Assembly (NCBI GenBank): GCA_964428965.1
Contig: CAYSAF010000001.1
Coordinates: 11,242 to 75,241 of the forward strand
Origin: Candidatus Woesearchaeota archaeon
GTDB lineage: Archaea > Nanobdellota > Nanobdellia > SCGC-AAA011-G17 > VGLX01
Direction: 5' to 3'
DNA length: 64,000 nt
Under the pieces are notes generated by a model, which saw only the letters and a list, made by a program, of their open reading frames with translations, had not been told where the DNA came from and ran no database searches. This document shows positions 1 to 9,595 of the stretch, one piece after another; positions within the stretch are counted from its first letter, which is position 1; the number at the start of each line of letters is the position of its first letter. Made by a program: the position numbers and the translations under genes.

Positions 1-1
1 G

Positions 2-1027
2 GTGGATGAAAAGGCAATAGAGGGAGACAACGAGCTTGAGGTAAGAATAAACATGGGAGGGGGCTATGCAAAAGAATACACCATACAGAAACTCAAGATA
101 AAGGTACAGATAGTAGAACCACTACTATCAATAACGGTATCATCAACACCTGAAAAAATACCGCAAGGAGGAATCTCAAATGTGAGCATAGAAGTACAAA
201 ACCAAGACAATTCCTTGCTTAAAGACATAAACATCAAACTGGTGTTACCATCATCATTCATACCGGTAGGTTCAACATCAGAAAAAAAGATACAAAAACT
301 GGATGCAGGAGAAACAAGCAAAATTGATTACAACGTAATGGCACTTGCAGACACAGAAGCAAAGGCATACCAGATAGAACTGGACGTATCATACTCAGAC
401 GAGACAGGAACTAGATACAGTAAGAATGAAACCATAGGACTGATGGTAGGGGCAGAACCTTCTTTCACACTAAACTTAGAAAAAGCAGACACTTTCCAAG
501 CAGGAAAAACAGGCAAGATAACTATAAGCATATCAAACATAGGGCCATCACAACTGAAATTCCTAACACTAGAAGTACTGCAAAGCGAAGACTACACAAT
601 ACTGTCAAACACGAAATCCTATCTTGGCAACTTAGACCCTGACGACTTTGAAACATCAGAGTTCAACATATATGCTGGGAAGAAAGGAGACATACCCATA
701 AAACTCAGAATAAACTACAAAGACAGCTACAACAACGAAAAAACAGAATACGGGAACGTAAACCTGAAAGTTTACTCATCACTGGAACTGAGGAAATATG
801 GCTTGTCGACACAAGGCAACACCTTCGTAACGTTCATAATTTATACCATAATAGCAATCTTTGCTTACCTTACGTTCAAAGAATGGAGAAAAGAAAGAGA
901 TCTGGGAAAAGCAATGAAGAATGCACTTAAGAGGATGATAGTAGCGGTAATAAGATTCATAAAAGCGCTGAGATGGAGCAATCTCAAGAGGATACCTAGG
1001 AAGATAAAGCTATTCATGCAACAATGA
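2..1027 (+). CDS. 5'-truncated surface protein, S-layer/CARDB-like repeat domain with a C-terminal TM anchor. It lies upstream of two FtsX-type permeases.
   Basis: The ORF runs off the window start. It is beta-rich, Ser/Thr/Asn-rich and repetitive. The C-terminal hydrophobic helix is TFVTFIIYTIIAIFAYLTF, followed by a basic tail. Its position is typical of COG1361-like proteins next to MacB/FtsX permeases. Confidence 0.4.
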   Translation: MDEKAIEGDNELEVRINMGGGYAKEYTIQKLKIKVQIVEPLLSITVSSTPEKIPQGGISNVSIEVQNQDNSLLKDINIKLVLPSSFIPVGSTSEKKIQKLDAGETSKIDYNVMALADTEAKAYQIELDVSYSDETGTRYSKNETIGLMVGAEPSFTLNLEKADTFQAGKTGKITISISNIGPSQLKFLTLEVLQSEDYTILSNTKSYLGNLDPDDFETSEFNIYAGKKGDIPIKLRINYKDSYNNEKTEYGNVNLKVYSSLELRKYGLSTQGNTFVTFIIYTIIAIFAYLTFKEWRKERDLGKAMKNALKRMIVAVIRFIKALRWSNLKRIPRKIKLFMQQ

Positions 1028-2211
1028 TAGTCGACTACCTCAGGTTCGCTATTGACAGCATAGGTCACAGAAAACTGAGGTCATGGCTAACCATAATAGG
1101 GATAGTGATAGGTGTTGGAGCGATAATAGCGCTGATAACTATTTCTAATGGGTTACAAAATGCGATAGAGGAACAGTTCGCACAAATTGGCTCGAATAGG
1201 ATATATATAGCACCGAAAGGATTCACAGGGCCTGGGTCATCAGCAGAAGGGCTAACAAAGAAAGACGTAGAAACAGTTGAAAGCATCACAGAGGTAGAAT
1301 GGGTAAACCCCTACATATTCTCCTCAGAAGAAGTTGAATTCTCAAGGGAAAGGCAATTCATACAACAGATAGTAGCATTCCCAGCAAAAGACGTAGACAA
1401 AAAATACGCGGATACAGGAATAACTGTAGCAGAAGGAAGGGTGTTTGCCAACGGAGAAAAAGGCGTAGCAATGGTTGGTTACCTATTCGCAAAAGACAGA
1501 TTCGAAAAAGAAGTAAGCATAAACAGCAAAATAACCATACGAGAAGAAAAATTCAAGGTGGTAGGAATACTAAACGAGATAGGAAACTCACAAGACGACA
1601 ACATGGTCGTGCTAACAGAAGAAGATGGACGAAGGATATTCGAAAAACCAGACCAGGTGGACATGATAGAAATCAAAATAATAGGCGGGGTGGACGTGAA
1701 TTTCGTCGGTGAAAAAATAAAAACAGCGCTAAAAAGAGCAAGAGATGACGAGAGCTTTGAGGTTATGACCCCCCAGCAGATATTAGAACAGATAGGGAGC
1801 CTGCTCGGGATAGTACAACTAATACTCGGTGCTATTGCAGCGATAAGTTTAGTGGTAGGAGCTGTAGGAATAAGCAATTCCATGTACACAAACGTCCTTG
1901 AAAGAACAAGAGAGATAGGGATAATGAAATCGATAGGAGCAAAAAACATAGACGTAATGCTAGTATTCCTCGTGGAAGCAGCAATAATAGGGCTCATAGG
2001 AGGGATGATGGGGGCAATGTTGGGAAGCTTGATAGCCCTAGCAACAGAAGCAGTTGCAAAGGCGCAAGGATTTGGACTGTTAAAAATAATAATAGACTAC
2101 AAAATAATTATATTCGGTATTATGTTTGCAACAGTAATCGGAATGTTGGCAGGGGTATTCCCGGCAAGACAGGCAGCAAAACTAAAACCAGCAGAAAGCC
2201 TAAGGTACTGA
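1024..2211 (+). CDS. ABC transporter permease, FtsX/MacB family
   Basis: 395 aa. N-terminal TM, then a large extracytoplasmic domain, then three C-terminal TM helices with an FtsX-like motif (MKSIGAKNIDVMLVFLVEAAIIGLIGG). There is a 4-nt overlap with the upstream ORF. Confidence 0.75.
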   Translation: MIVDYLRFAIDSIGHRKLRSWLTIIGIVIGVGAIIALITISNGLQNAIEEQFAQIGSNRIYIAPKGFTGPGSSAEGLTKKDVETVESITEVEWVNPYIFSSEEVEFSRERQFIQQIVAFPAKDVDKKYADTGITVAEGRVFANGEKGVAMVGYLFAKDRFEKEVSINSKITIREEKFKVVGILNEIGNSQDDNMVVLTEEDGRRIFEKPDQVDMIEIKIIGGVDVNFVGEKIKTALKRARDDESFEVMTPQQILEQIGSLLGIVQLILGAIAAISLVVGAVGISNSMYTNVLERTREIGIMKSIGAKNIDVMLVFLVEAAIIGLIGGMMGAMLGSLIALATEAVAKAQGFGLLKIIIDYKIIIFGIMFATVIGMLAGVFPARQAAKLKPAESLRY

Positions 2212-2212
2212 A

Positions 2213-3400
2213 ATGATACAAGAATACTTTAAGCTAAGTTTGAGTCACATGAGAACAAGAAGGCTCAGAGCATACCTAACTATGCTCGGAATAGTGATAG
2301 GAATAGCAGCGATAGTAGCGCTAATAACCATATCACAAGGACTGGAAAACGCTGTTTTGCAACAATTCGAAAAAAGGGGAAAAAGCGACATAAGAATATT
2401 ACCAAAAGGACTGACTGGGGCGCCAGCAGCATCAACCATAATAACAACAAAAGACAAAGAAACAGTAGAAAACATAATGGGGGTTGACTACGTTTTTGAG
2501 ATGATAATAACCACAGCAACTGTGGAATACGGCAACGAAAAAAGATTCAGCTCTATAATAAACTACCCTTCTGACCTGCTTGGAAGAGTGTTAGAAGACC
2601 AAGACCTAAAACTGGAAGAGGGAAGAGTATTCAAAAGCGGAGAAAAAGACAGCGTAATAATAGGGAATAAATTAGCCAAGGATTTTTTTGACAAAGAAAT
2701 AAAACTGAGGAACAACATAGTAATAAACGGAAAAAAATTCAGGGTGGTGGGCATACTTGAAAGCCTTGGAGAGTCAACATTCGACAACGCAATAATCATC
2801 CCCCTCGAAACAGGAAGGGAACTATTCAACAAACCAAAAGAACTGAGCGCAATACTAATACACTTCCAAGACGGAGTAGACATAGAAAAAGCAGCAGAAG
2901 ACATAAGAACAAAACTAAAAAGAGCAAGGAACAACGAAAACTTTGACGTATTCACACCGCAAGAACTGCTCAGACAAATAAACACCATACTAGGGGTAAT
3001 ACAGATTGTTCTAGGGGGAATAGCGGGAATAAGCCTAGTTGTCGGCGGCGTTGGAATAATGAATGCGATGTACACAAGCGTAATGGAGAGAACAAGAGAG
3101 ATAGGGGTGATGAAAGCAGTTGGAGCAAAAAACTCTGACATACTAACCATGTTCTTAATAGAATCTGGGCTTATGGGCTTATTCGGAGGACTAATAGGTG
3201 CGATACTGGGAACCGTAGTGGGCTTTGCATTCGGAAAAATAGCGTCACAACTAGGGTTTGGTTTACTGCTGATAAAAATAGAGTGGCAACTGCTAATATT
3301 TGCATTACTATTTGCTTTCTTCGTGGGAGTAATATCTGGGACGCTGCCGGCATTCAGGGCAGCAAGATTGAAACCAGTAGACTCTTTAAGATATGAATAA
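2213..3400 (+). CDS. ABC transporter permease, FtsX/MacB family (tandem paralog)
   Basis: 395 aa, colinear with the previous ORF. Matching segments include RLRAYLTMLGIVIGIAAIVALITIS and MKAVGAKNSDILTMFLIESG. The start is 2 nt after the previous stop. Confidence 0.75.
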   Translation: MIQEYFKLSLSHMRTRRLRAYLTMLGIVIGIAAIVALITISQGLENAVLQQFEKRGKSDIRILPKGLTGAPAASTIITTKDKETVENIMGVDYVFEMIITTATVEYGNEKRFSSIINYPSDLLGRVLEDQDLKLEEGRVFKSGEKDSVIIGNKLAKDFFDKEIKLRNNIVINGKKFRVVGILESLGESTFDNAIIIPLETGRELFNKPKELSAILIHFQDGVDIEKAAEDIRTKLKRARNNENFDVFTPQELLRQINTILGVIQIVLGGIAGISLVVGGVGIMNAMYTSVMERTREIGVMKAVGAKNSDILTMFLIESGLMGLFGGLIGAILGTVVGFAFGKIASQLGFGLLLIKIEWQLLIFALLFAFFVGVISGTLPAFRAARLKPVDSLRYE

Positions 3401-3415
3401 GAAAGTTTTATATAT
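3401..3415 (+). promoter_or_regulatory. Archaeal BRE/TATA-like promoter for ppsA
   Basis: gaaag + ttttatatat lies about 35-45 nt upstream of the ppsA ATG at 3448, in an AT-rich intergenic region. Confidence 0.4.
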
Positions 3416-3447
3416 TTACCAATGAACTTTCAATAAAACAAAAAGGT

Positions 3448-5790
3448 GTGATGATGGAAGACATAGCCTGGTTCAAAGAGCTTTCTAAAAACGACATACC
3501 TCTCGTTGGTGGAAAAGGAGCAAATCTTGGAGAGATGTACAATGCAGGACTGCCAATACCGCCAGGCTTCGTTGTAACAGCAGAAGTATTCAGGAAATTC
3601 ATTACAAGCACAAAAATAGACAAACAAATATTTGACATCCTGGACACAACAAACGTGGATGATAACGACCAGTTAGACAATTCTGCAATGAAAGTACAAA
3701 GACTAATACTAAATGCAGAGATGCAAGAAGATCTGAAAGCAGAGATAAAAGAGGCTTACGAAAACCTGAACGTGAGCGAGGAAGTGGTAAGAGCTGGTGG
3801 GCAACCACTAGACATAATAAAAAGTGGAAGGGAACAGGCATTTGTAGCAGTAAGAAGCTCGGCCACCGCAGAAGATTTGCCAAATCTGTCATTCGCGGGA
3901 CAACAGGCAACCTACCTCAACATAAGGGGGTTAAGCAACCTCATAAAAGCCGTACAGAAGTGCTGGGCATCGCTATACACACCAAGGGCTATATACTACA
4001 GGGTGAAGAACAACTTCCCACACGAAAAAGTCCTCATAGCAGTAATAGTGCAAAGAATGGTAAAATCAGAAAAATCAGGAGTTATCTTTTCTATAAACCC
4101 TGCAACTAACAACGAAGACGAGATAATCATAGAGGCAGGATGGGGGTTGGGTGAAGCAGTCGTGTCAGGAGCGATAAGCCCGGACCAATACACAGTAGAC
4201 AAAAAAACACTAGAACTCAAATACAAAATAATAAGAGAACAAACATGGGCGTACGACCTTGATGAGAATTTAGGTTACACCGTAAAGAAAAACGTTCCAG
4301 AATACAAGAAGAAAAAACAAAAATTGAGTGAAAGCGAGATAAAGAAACTAGCAGAACTGGCAGTAAAAATAGAAACCCACTATGGAACTCCTCAAGACAT
4401 GGAATATGCAATAGATAGAAACATGATATACATGGTGCAGTCAAGACCTGTAACGACACTAAAAAAGCCACATAAAGAAGAGATAGAAGAGACAGAGGCA
4501 GAGGTAGTGCTAACTGGGTTGGGGGTAAGCCCCGGAGTAGGAATCGGCCCTGTAAAGATAATAAAGGGAATGGAAGAACTTGGGAGGATAACGAAAGGCG
4601 ATGTTTTGGTTGCGAGAATGACGAATCCAGATTACGTCACTGCCATGGAAAGAGCGGTGGCAATAGTCACAGATGCTGGGGGATCAACTTGTCATGCTTC
4701 AATCGTTAGCAGAGAGATGGGAATCCCCTGTGTAGTCGGAACAGAAAAAGCAACACAAATTCTCAAAGAAGACGAGCTAATCTCTGTAGACGGAACTCAT
4801 GGAAAGGTATACAAAGGAAGAATAAAAATACAAGAAAAAAGGGAAGCACAAACAGAGATCGAACAAAAAACAGAGGAACCACAGCTAGAAACCATAACAG
4901 AAATAAAAGTAATAATGGACCTGCCAGAATTTGCTGAAAAAGCAGCAGCAACAGGAGCAGACGGTGTAGGACTCCTGAGGAACAACTTAATGCTAGCAAA
5001 ACACGGCGAACACCCAAGTAAGATGATAAAAACAGGAAAAAAAGAACAGCTCATACAAATCATAGTTGAAGATGTAAGCAAAATAGCAGAGGCATTCAAA
5101 GGCAAACCTGTCTGGTACAGAACATTCGATGCGCCTACGGACGAGTACAGAGGTCTGAAAGGGGGAGAGGAGGAACCCCTGGAACAAAATCCGATGATGG
5201 GGTGGAGGAGCATCCGGAGGGAACTAGATGAGGTTGAGCTACTAAGAGCAGAGTTCGAGGCAATAAAAAGGGTTCACGACAAGGGACTGACAAACGTAGG
5301 AATAATGATTCCGTTAGTTACCAGCGTAGAAGAAATAAAGAAAACAAAAGAGATACTAAAAGAATTTGACTTGGAGCCGCAGGAAAACATAGACTTCGGG
5401 ATAATGGTAGAAACACCAGCATCTGTCCAGATAATAAAAGAGATATGCGAGGAAGGGATAGACTTCATAAGCTTCGGAACAAACGATTTAACACAGTTCA
5501 CACTGGCAGTTGACAGGGATAATGCAAAAGTGGCAAAGATGTACAACGAGAAGCATCCCGCTGTTTTAAGACAGATAAAACACGTAATAGACACATGCAA
5601 AGAATACAACGTCGAGACAAGCATATGCGGCCAGGCAGGATCTGACCCTGAGATGGCAGAGATACTCGTAAAGATGGGAATAGACAGCATAACAGCAAAC
5701 GTAGATGCCGTACACAAAATAAAAAACATAGTGGCAAAGATAGAAAAAAAGCTACTTCTTAGCGCTGCAAGAAAAGAGTTCAAAATTTAG
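3448..5790 (+). CDS. ppsA: Phosphoenolpyruvate synthase (pyruvate, water dikinase)
   Basis: 780 aa. N-terminal ATP-grasp motif (LVGGKGANLGEMYNAGLPIPPGF). Central PEP-utilizing mobile domain with the catalytic His (GGSTCHASIVSREMGIPCVVG). C-terminal PEP-utilizing TIM barrel. Confidence 0.9.
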   Translation: MMMEDIAWFKELSKNDIPLVGGKGANLGEMYNAGLPIPPGFVVTAEVFRKFITSTKIDKQIFDILDTTNVDDNDQLDNSAMKVQRLILNAEMQEDLKAEIKEAYENLNVSEEVVRAGGQPLDIIKSGREQAFVAVRSSATAEDLPNLSFAGQQATYLNIRGLSNLIKAVQKCWASLYTPRAIYYRVKNNFPHEKVLIAVIVQRMVKSEKSGVIFSINPATNNEDEIIIEAGWGLGEAVVSGAISPDQYTVDKKTLELKYKIIREQTWAYDLDENLGYTVKKNVPEYKKKKQKLSESEIKKLAELAVKIETHYGTPQDMEYAIDRNMIYMVQSRPVTTLKKPHKEEIEETEAEVVLTGLGVSPGVGIGPVKIIKGMEELGRITKGDVLVARMTNPDYVTAMERAVAIVTDAGGSTCHASIVSREMGIPCVVGTEKATQILKEDELISVDGTHGKVYKGRIKIQEKREAQTEIEQKTEEPQLETITEIKVIMDLPEFAEKAAATGADGVGLLRNNLMLAKHGEHPSKMIKTGKKEQLIQIIVEDVSKIAEAFKGKPVWYRTFDAPTDEYRGLKGGEEEPLEQNPMMGWRSIRRELDEVELLRAEFEAIKRVHDKGLTNVGIMIPLVTSVEEIKKTKEILKEFDLEPQENIDFGIMVETPASVQIIKEICEEGIDFISFGTNDLTQFTLAVDRDNAKVAKMYNEKHPAVLRQIKHVIDTCKEYNVETSICGQAGSDPEMAEILVKMGIDSITANVDAVHKIKNIVAKIEKKLLLSAARKEFKI

Positions 5791-5928
5791 GCGTTAGAGA
5801 GCCTGTAAAGGCAGAATTCTAAGGGCTGGAAAGCCCAAATTTGAGGTTTCTAGGCCCTGGGAAGGGCAAAAAACAGCGGAAGGTTTATATATTAGTTATT
5901 ACTAATAGATAGTAACAAATTAACGATT

Positions 5929-6111
5929 ATGGGGTGCAAAATGAAAGACGAAAAAAATGTTCAAATAGAATCATACGAATTGCCTAAGTTTAAAAGGAGG
6001 TCTATCATAGAAAAACGACCTGTATATGTTATAGACAACAAAGGCTCTGTAGAATTCATAAGGGGAACACTGGGCGAGAAGATAAACCAGATATATCTAA
6101 GCAGACAATAG
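5929..6111 (+). CDS. Small hypothetical protein
   Basis: 60-aa ORF in an AT-rich intergenic region. No recognisable motif. Confidence 0.2.
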   Translation: MGCKMKDEKNVQIESYELPKFKRRSIIEKRPVYVIDNKGSVEFIRGTLGEKINQIYLSRQ

Positions 6112-6123
6112 GCAAAAGTAAAA

Positions 6124-6351
6124 ATGACACAAAATCAAGGATATGAGAACATAGAATGTTTTGAAACAAAAGTAAAAGATTACAATAATCCTAAAAGTGA
6201 AAAGACTGTAATTATGTACGCATTAGTCGATAAAAGAACCAAAGAGGTTTTTGTAGGTTCCAAAAAGCCTGATATGAAGCTTGAAAGATTCATAAAGGCT
6301 GTTGGCAAAGAACCTGAACCTAAATACATTGATATCACAGAGAGGTTATAA
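6124..6351 (+). CDS. Small hypothetical protein
   Basis: 75-aa ORF, 13 nt after the previous small ORF. Confidence 0.25.
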   Translation: MTQNQGYENIECFETKVKDYNNPKSEKTVIMYALVDKRTKEVFVGSKKPDMKLERFIKAVGKEPEPKYIDITERL

Positions 6352-6418
6352 ACCAAAAGGTTTAAATAGTATAATAACTACTAGCAAGTAACAAAATAAT
6401 AAATAATATTAACCCGTT

Positions 6419-6838
6419 ATGCTTACAAAACAAGGAGGAAAAATGGCAAACGAAAATAAGAAAGAAAAGAAATTAACCATAGAGGATATGCTTAAGGTAC
6501 TTAAGGGTAAAGGAGTAACCCAAGCAGATGCTAAAGATGTACGTGATAAATTACTCAATGTAAATGCGGGTCCTGCCGCTTATGCTGTATCAAGCGCACT
6601 TGCGGAATTGCAGGTAGCCTGGGAAGGCGCTGAGAGTATTGACGATTTATCTGAAGCATTACAAAATTACAATCAAGCAGTTACTCTTAACGTGGGACCT
6701 GTAGCACAACTAGCTAATCCACAATACAAAGGTCTGATAGACAGCTTACCAATAGAAGGTGCTTACGGATTCATGCTAGGAACATCTGGTGCATACATAA
6801 ATGCATTCACAGGTGCCAAACCTCGTAGAAGGAGATAA
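6419..6838 (+). CDS. Hypothetical protein
   Basis: 139 aa. An SD-like aaggagg precedes an internal Met (MANENKK at 6443), so the true start may be 6443. No known motif. Confidence 0.4.
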   Translation: MLTKQGGKMANENKKEKKLTIEDMLKVLKGKGVTQADAKDVRDKLLNVNAGPAAYAVSSALAELQVAWEGAESIDDLSEALQNYNQAVTLNVGPVAQLANPQYKGLIDSLPIEGAYGFMLGTSGAYINAFTGAKPRRRR

Positions 6839-6860
6839 AACTCCTTTTTTTAATTTTTTT

Positions 6861-7700
6861 TTATAATTTCTGAGAATACATTCTCTTTTCTATGAATTTT
6901 CGCATCTCGTTAACAAAATTGATGGTTTTCTTTCTGTACTCGTCATACTCCTTACCGTCAACCTCTCTCACCTGCCTGTGAATGATCTGCTTCATGGTGT
7001 TATAGTTTTCCCTCATAATGTCGGCATAACGACGCTTGAGAAGACCTTTCCTAACCATCTTTTGCTCAAGCATGTCAGCAACGTGGTCGGGAGAGGGTGG
7101 CACCTCACCTAGAGACATCAGAGCAGAGTGAGCAGCGTCAACAGAAGCCCAATACAAATCAACCATAGCAGAAAGTATGTGCTCCTTAGACCTGCTAACA
7201 GAGGCAGGGGCCATCGTGAAATAAGTATAGATTGATTCACGGGTGGGCCTGATCCTACCGTTATCAAGCAAGGCCTGCAAGGGATCAAAAATGCCTGTAT
7301 CGATCAAAGCAAGACCGTAACGCAAAACATTAATAGCAACCGGGTCACCAGCACGAACATACTCCCAGAAAGAACTCAACTTCATGGACTGAACATGAAG
7401 TCTTTCACCGTCCTTCATATCAACCAATACCTTCTCAACGACGATGCGATAAGTCTGAACCAGGTCACGGGTAAAATTAATGCTGACGTCATCTATAATT
7501 ATGAGGACATCTATGTCTGCTTCCTTAGCCATTTTAGGTGCCTTAGTAGCAGAACCGAACAACACCAAACACTTGATGAAAGGACCAAACTCCTTATAGA
7601 CTCGAGAAGCAAAATCACGGGCTATGTCAAAATGGTCTTTAGGATAGTGAATATCAACATTCCTCTTTCTCTTCTCAATCCTGAACTCCATTATTATCAA
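6861..7700 (-). CDS. Nucleotidyltransferase-domain protein (Pol-beta superfamily) with a C-terminal helical, HEPN-like region
   Basis: 279 aa. NTase signature LVLFGSATKAPKMAKEADIDVLIIID (GS...D.D). The helical C-terminal half contains SVDAAHSAL. Confidence 0.5.
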   Translation of the reverse strand: MIIMEFRIEKRKRNVDIHYPKDHFDIARDFASRVYKEFGPFIKCLVLFGSATKAPKMAKEADIDVLIIIDDVSINFTRDLVQTYRIVVEKVLVDMKDGERLHVQSMKLSSFWEYVRAGDPVAINVLRYGLALIDTGIFDPLQALLDNGRIRPTRESIYTYFTMAPASVSRSKEHILSAMVDLYWASVDAAHSALMSLGEVPPSPDHVADMLEQKMVRKGLLKRRYADIMRENYNTMKQIIHRQVREVDGKEYDEYRKKTINFVNEMRKFIEKRMYSQKL

Positions 7701-7709
7701 CCCCTTTTT

Positions 7710-9557
7710 TCATTCTAAACCAACCCCAGACCAGAAAGGTGTACCCTTCTCAATACCCCTGTACTCCTCACTCGGAGCATACTTACCGACGATGTAACCT
7801 GGAGACCTGGTCCTGCCGAAATAAGAATCCTCAATATCAGTCCACTTAAAACTCCTGTAGATAGGAGAAGTAGCAAGAGCACCCCAGGCGCCGGTCATAG
7901 CAGTGTAAAACTGATCCTGAGCCTGAGCGCCGGGCTCAGCAATCATAGGAGTAGTGAGGTCAGCCTTCCTCAACTTCTTAATGAAACCCTTAAGAGGAGC
8001 GCTACCCTCACCCGGCATCAGGTGCTCGTCATAATAACCGAAATTATCAGATATGTGAACGTGACCAATTATACCCTTCTTGGCTAAAGAATCCACCTCA
8101 TCCAAAAGCCAATCATTAAACCTCTCCTCGTAATGCTCTCTAGTCTCCCCTGCTTCCCTTTTAAAATATTTCTTCCAAGTATAAGCATGACCGATATCAA
8201 AGGTAGCCTTGATGTGATCCTCAGCAATCTTCTTAGCCTCGGATTCAGACATATTTCTGTCCTTAACCAAGCGGTTAGTCATCTCTTTCCTCGCATCTGT
8301 TATTACTTCCTTTAATTCTTGCGGATGGCTACCGTAACCCGTCTCTGGGAACAAGTTCTCGGGAGCGATAAAAAGAGGCTTCTTCAACTTCATATCCTCC
8401 TCGGTATCATAAGCATATATGGCTGCCCTTGCCAAGTTTTTTGCTGAGGCTATTTTTCCGTATTCTTCTATAGGTTGTATCTCGTCTCTTTGCTTCTCTA
8501 TCATCTTCCTTTGTTGGGCGTAAGATGCTGCAGACTCTTCAAGCTGCTTTATATGCGATTCTTGCAGCTGTAACGTCTTTCCTAGATAGCGAAACGGGTC
8601 CTCCAGGAACTCTAGGTATTTTTCGCTTTTTTGAGGGGGCGCACCTCCTACTTCTTTAAGTAGCTGTATTGCTTGGAATTTCGCTAAAGGCTCGTTTGTT
8701 TTTTTAAGGTCCTGGATCATCTTGCTGGAATCCCTCATATAATCATAATCGCCTTTTTCTTTTTCGTAGCCGTATTTCCATCTCATCTCTTCCGCGCTTA
8801 TCCTGCTGAGTTGTTCTGCTAAGATCTTTTGCTTGTAGAACTCCAATGCTGCTTTCTGAGTGTCTTTTATCCCCTCTTCTTTTTGGAATTGTTCCAGGTT
8901 CATCATCGTTATCTTGAATTCGTGTTTCTCTTCATCATACACCGGTTCACCTTTTTGAGGGCCTTCTTTGTACTTGTCAAGTATGGGCAGCTCTGAGTCC
9001 TTTGTGAGGCCTGTCTCAATCCTGCCTGTTCGCTTGTTGACAAGCCAGATTGGCGTTTTTTTGGCTTCCTCCTCGTACATCTCAAACTCCTTGTACTTCT
9101 CAGAAACCTCCCTCGGAAATTCAGCGCCGTGAATAACAACAGGACCGCCACCAGCGACGTCAGCAGCAAAGTCAACTGTACGCTCAATCTCGTGAATAAC
9201 ATTCTCAGAAGCTTGAGGGGTGAAAGCGTTCTCCTTAGGGTCCAAACCTGAAATGCCTTGAACGCCGATAGAAGCGTGAGTGCTTACAACAACCTCGTTA
9301 ATCTTAGAAAGCTGCCTCATAGCTTCCCTCTTATCCTTACCAAACATCTCAGGGTTGGTTTGACCGCCGCCAAGGTTGCCCTTGCCAGTACCAGTAAAAC
9401 CGAGCTCAACAGCAGAGGCACCAGCACGGATGTTAGCCTGCAAGCCGTCTAGAACGTCACCAGCTCCGTGAGAGATACCTATGTCCTTAGCGCTAACCTC
9501 AAGACGTTCCGCAGTTTCCTTATCCAGAGCGTGCCAGTAATCGGATACGAATGCCAT
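7710..9557 (-). CDS. Xylose-isomerase-like (AP endonuclease family 2) TIM-barrel protein with a large central coiled-coil insertion
   Basis: 615 aa. C-terminal IIGHVHISDNFGYYDEHLMPGEGSAPLKGFIKKL matches the sugar-phosphate isomerase/epimerase TIM-barrel metal-binding pattern. The N-terminal section (GGPVVIHGAEF) fits the same fold. About 250 aa of K/E-rich helical sequence sit between the two halves. Confidence 0.45.
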   Translation of the reverse strand: MAFVSDYWHALDKETAERLEVSAKDIGISHGAGDVLDGLQANIRAGASAVELGFTGTGKGNLGGGQTNPEMFGKDKREAMRQLSKINEVVVSTHASIGVQGISGLDPKENAFTPQASENVIHEIERTVDFAADVAGGGPVVIHGAEFPREVSEKYKEFEMYEEEAKKTPIWLVNKRTGRIETGLTKDSELPILDKYKEGPQKGEPVYDEEKHEFKITMMNLEQFQKEEGIKDTQKAALEFYKQKILAEQLSRISAEEMRWKYGYEKEKGDYDYMRDSSKMIQDLKKTNEPLAKFQAIQLLKEVGGAPPQKSEKYLEFLEDPFRYLGKTLQLQESHIKQLEESAASYAQQRKMIEKQRDEIQPIEEYGKIASAKNLARAAIYAYDTEEDMKLKKPLFIAPENLFPETGYGSHPQELKEVITDARKEMTNRLVKDRNMSESEAKKIAEDHIKATFDIGHAYTWKKYFKREAGETREHYEERFNDWLLDEVDSLAKKGIIGHVHISDNFGYYDEHLMPGEGSAPLKGFIKKLRKADLTTPMIAEPGAQAQDQFYTAMTGAWGALATSPIYRSFKWTDIEDSYFGRTRSPGYIVGKYAPSEEYRGIEKGTPFWSGVGLE

Positions 9558-9595
9558 GTTAAAAAATATATTTCAGAGTTTTATTAATCTTTCCA

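Noticed and set aside
2280-3150. Leu-rich minus-strand ORFs (2280..2519, 2563..3150)
   Set aside because: Antisense to the FtsX-type permease. Poly-Leu/Ser composition typical of a reverse frame of AT-rich coding DNA.
4797-5783. Several 79-169 aa minus-strand ORFs inside ppsA (4797..5213, 5274..5783 and others)
   Set aside because: Antisense to the well-supported PEP synthase reading frame. Low-complexity Ser/Leu-rich translations.
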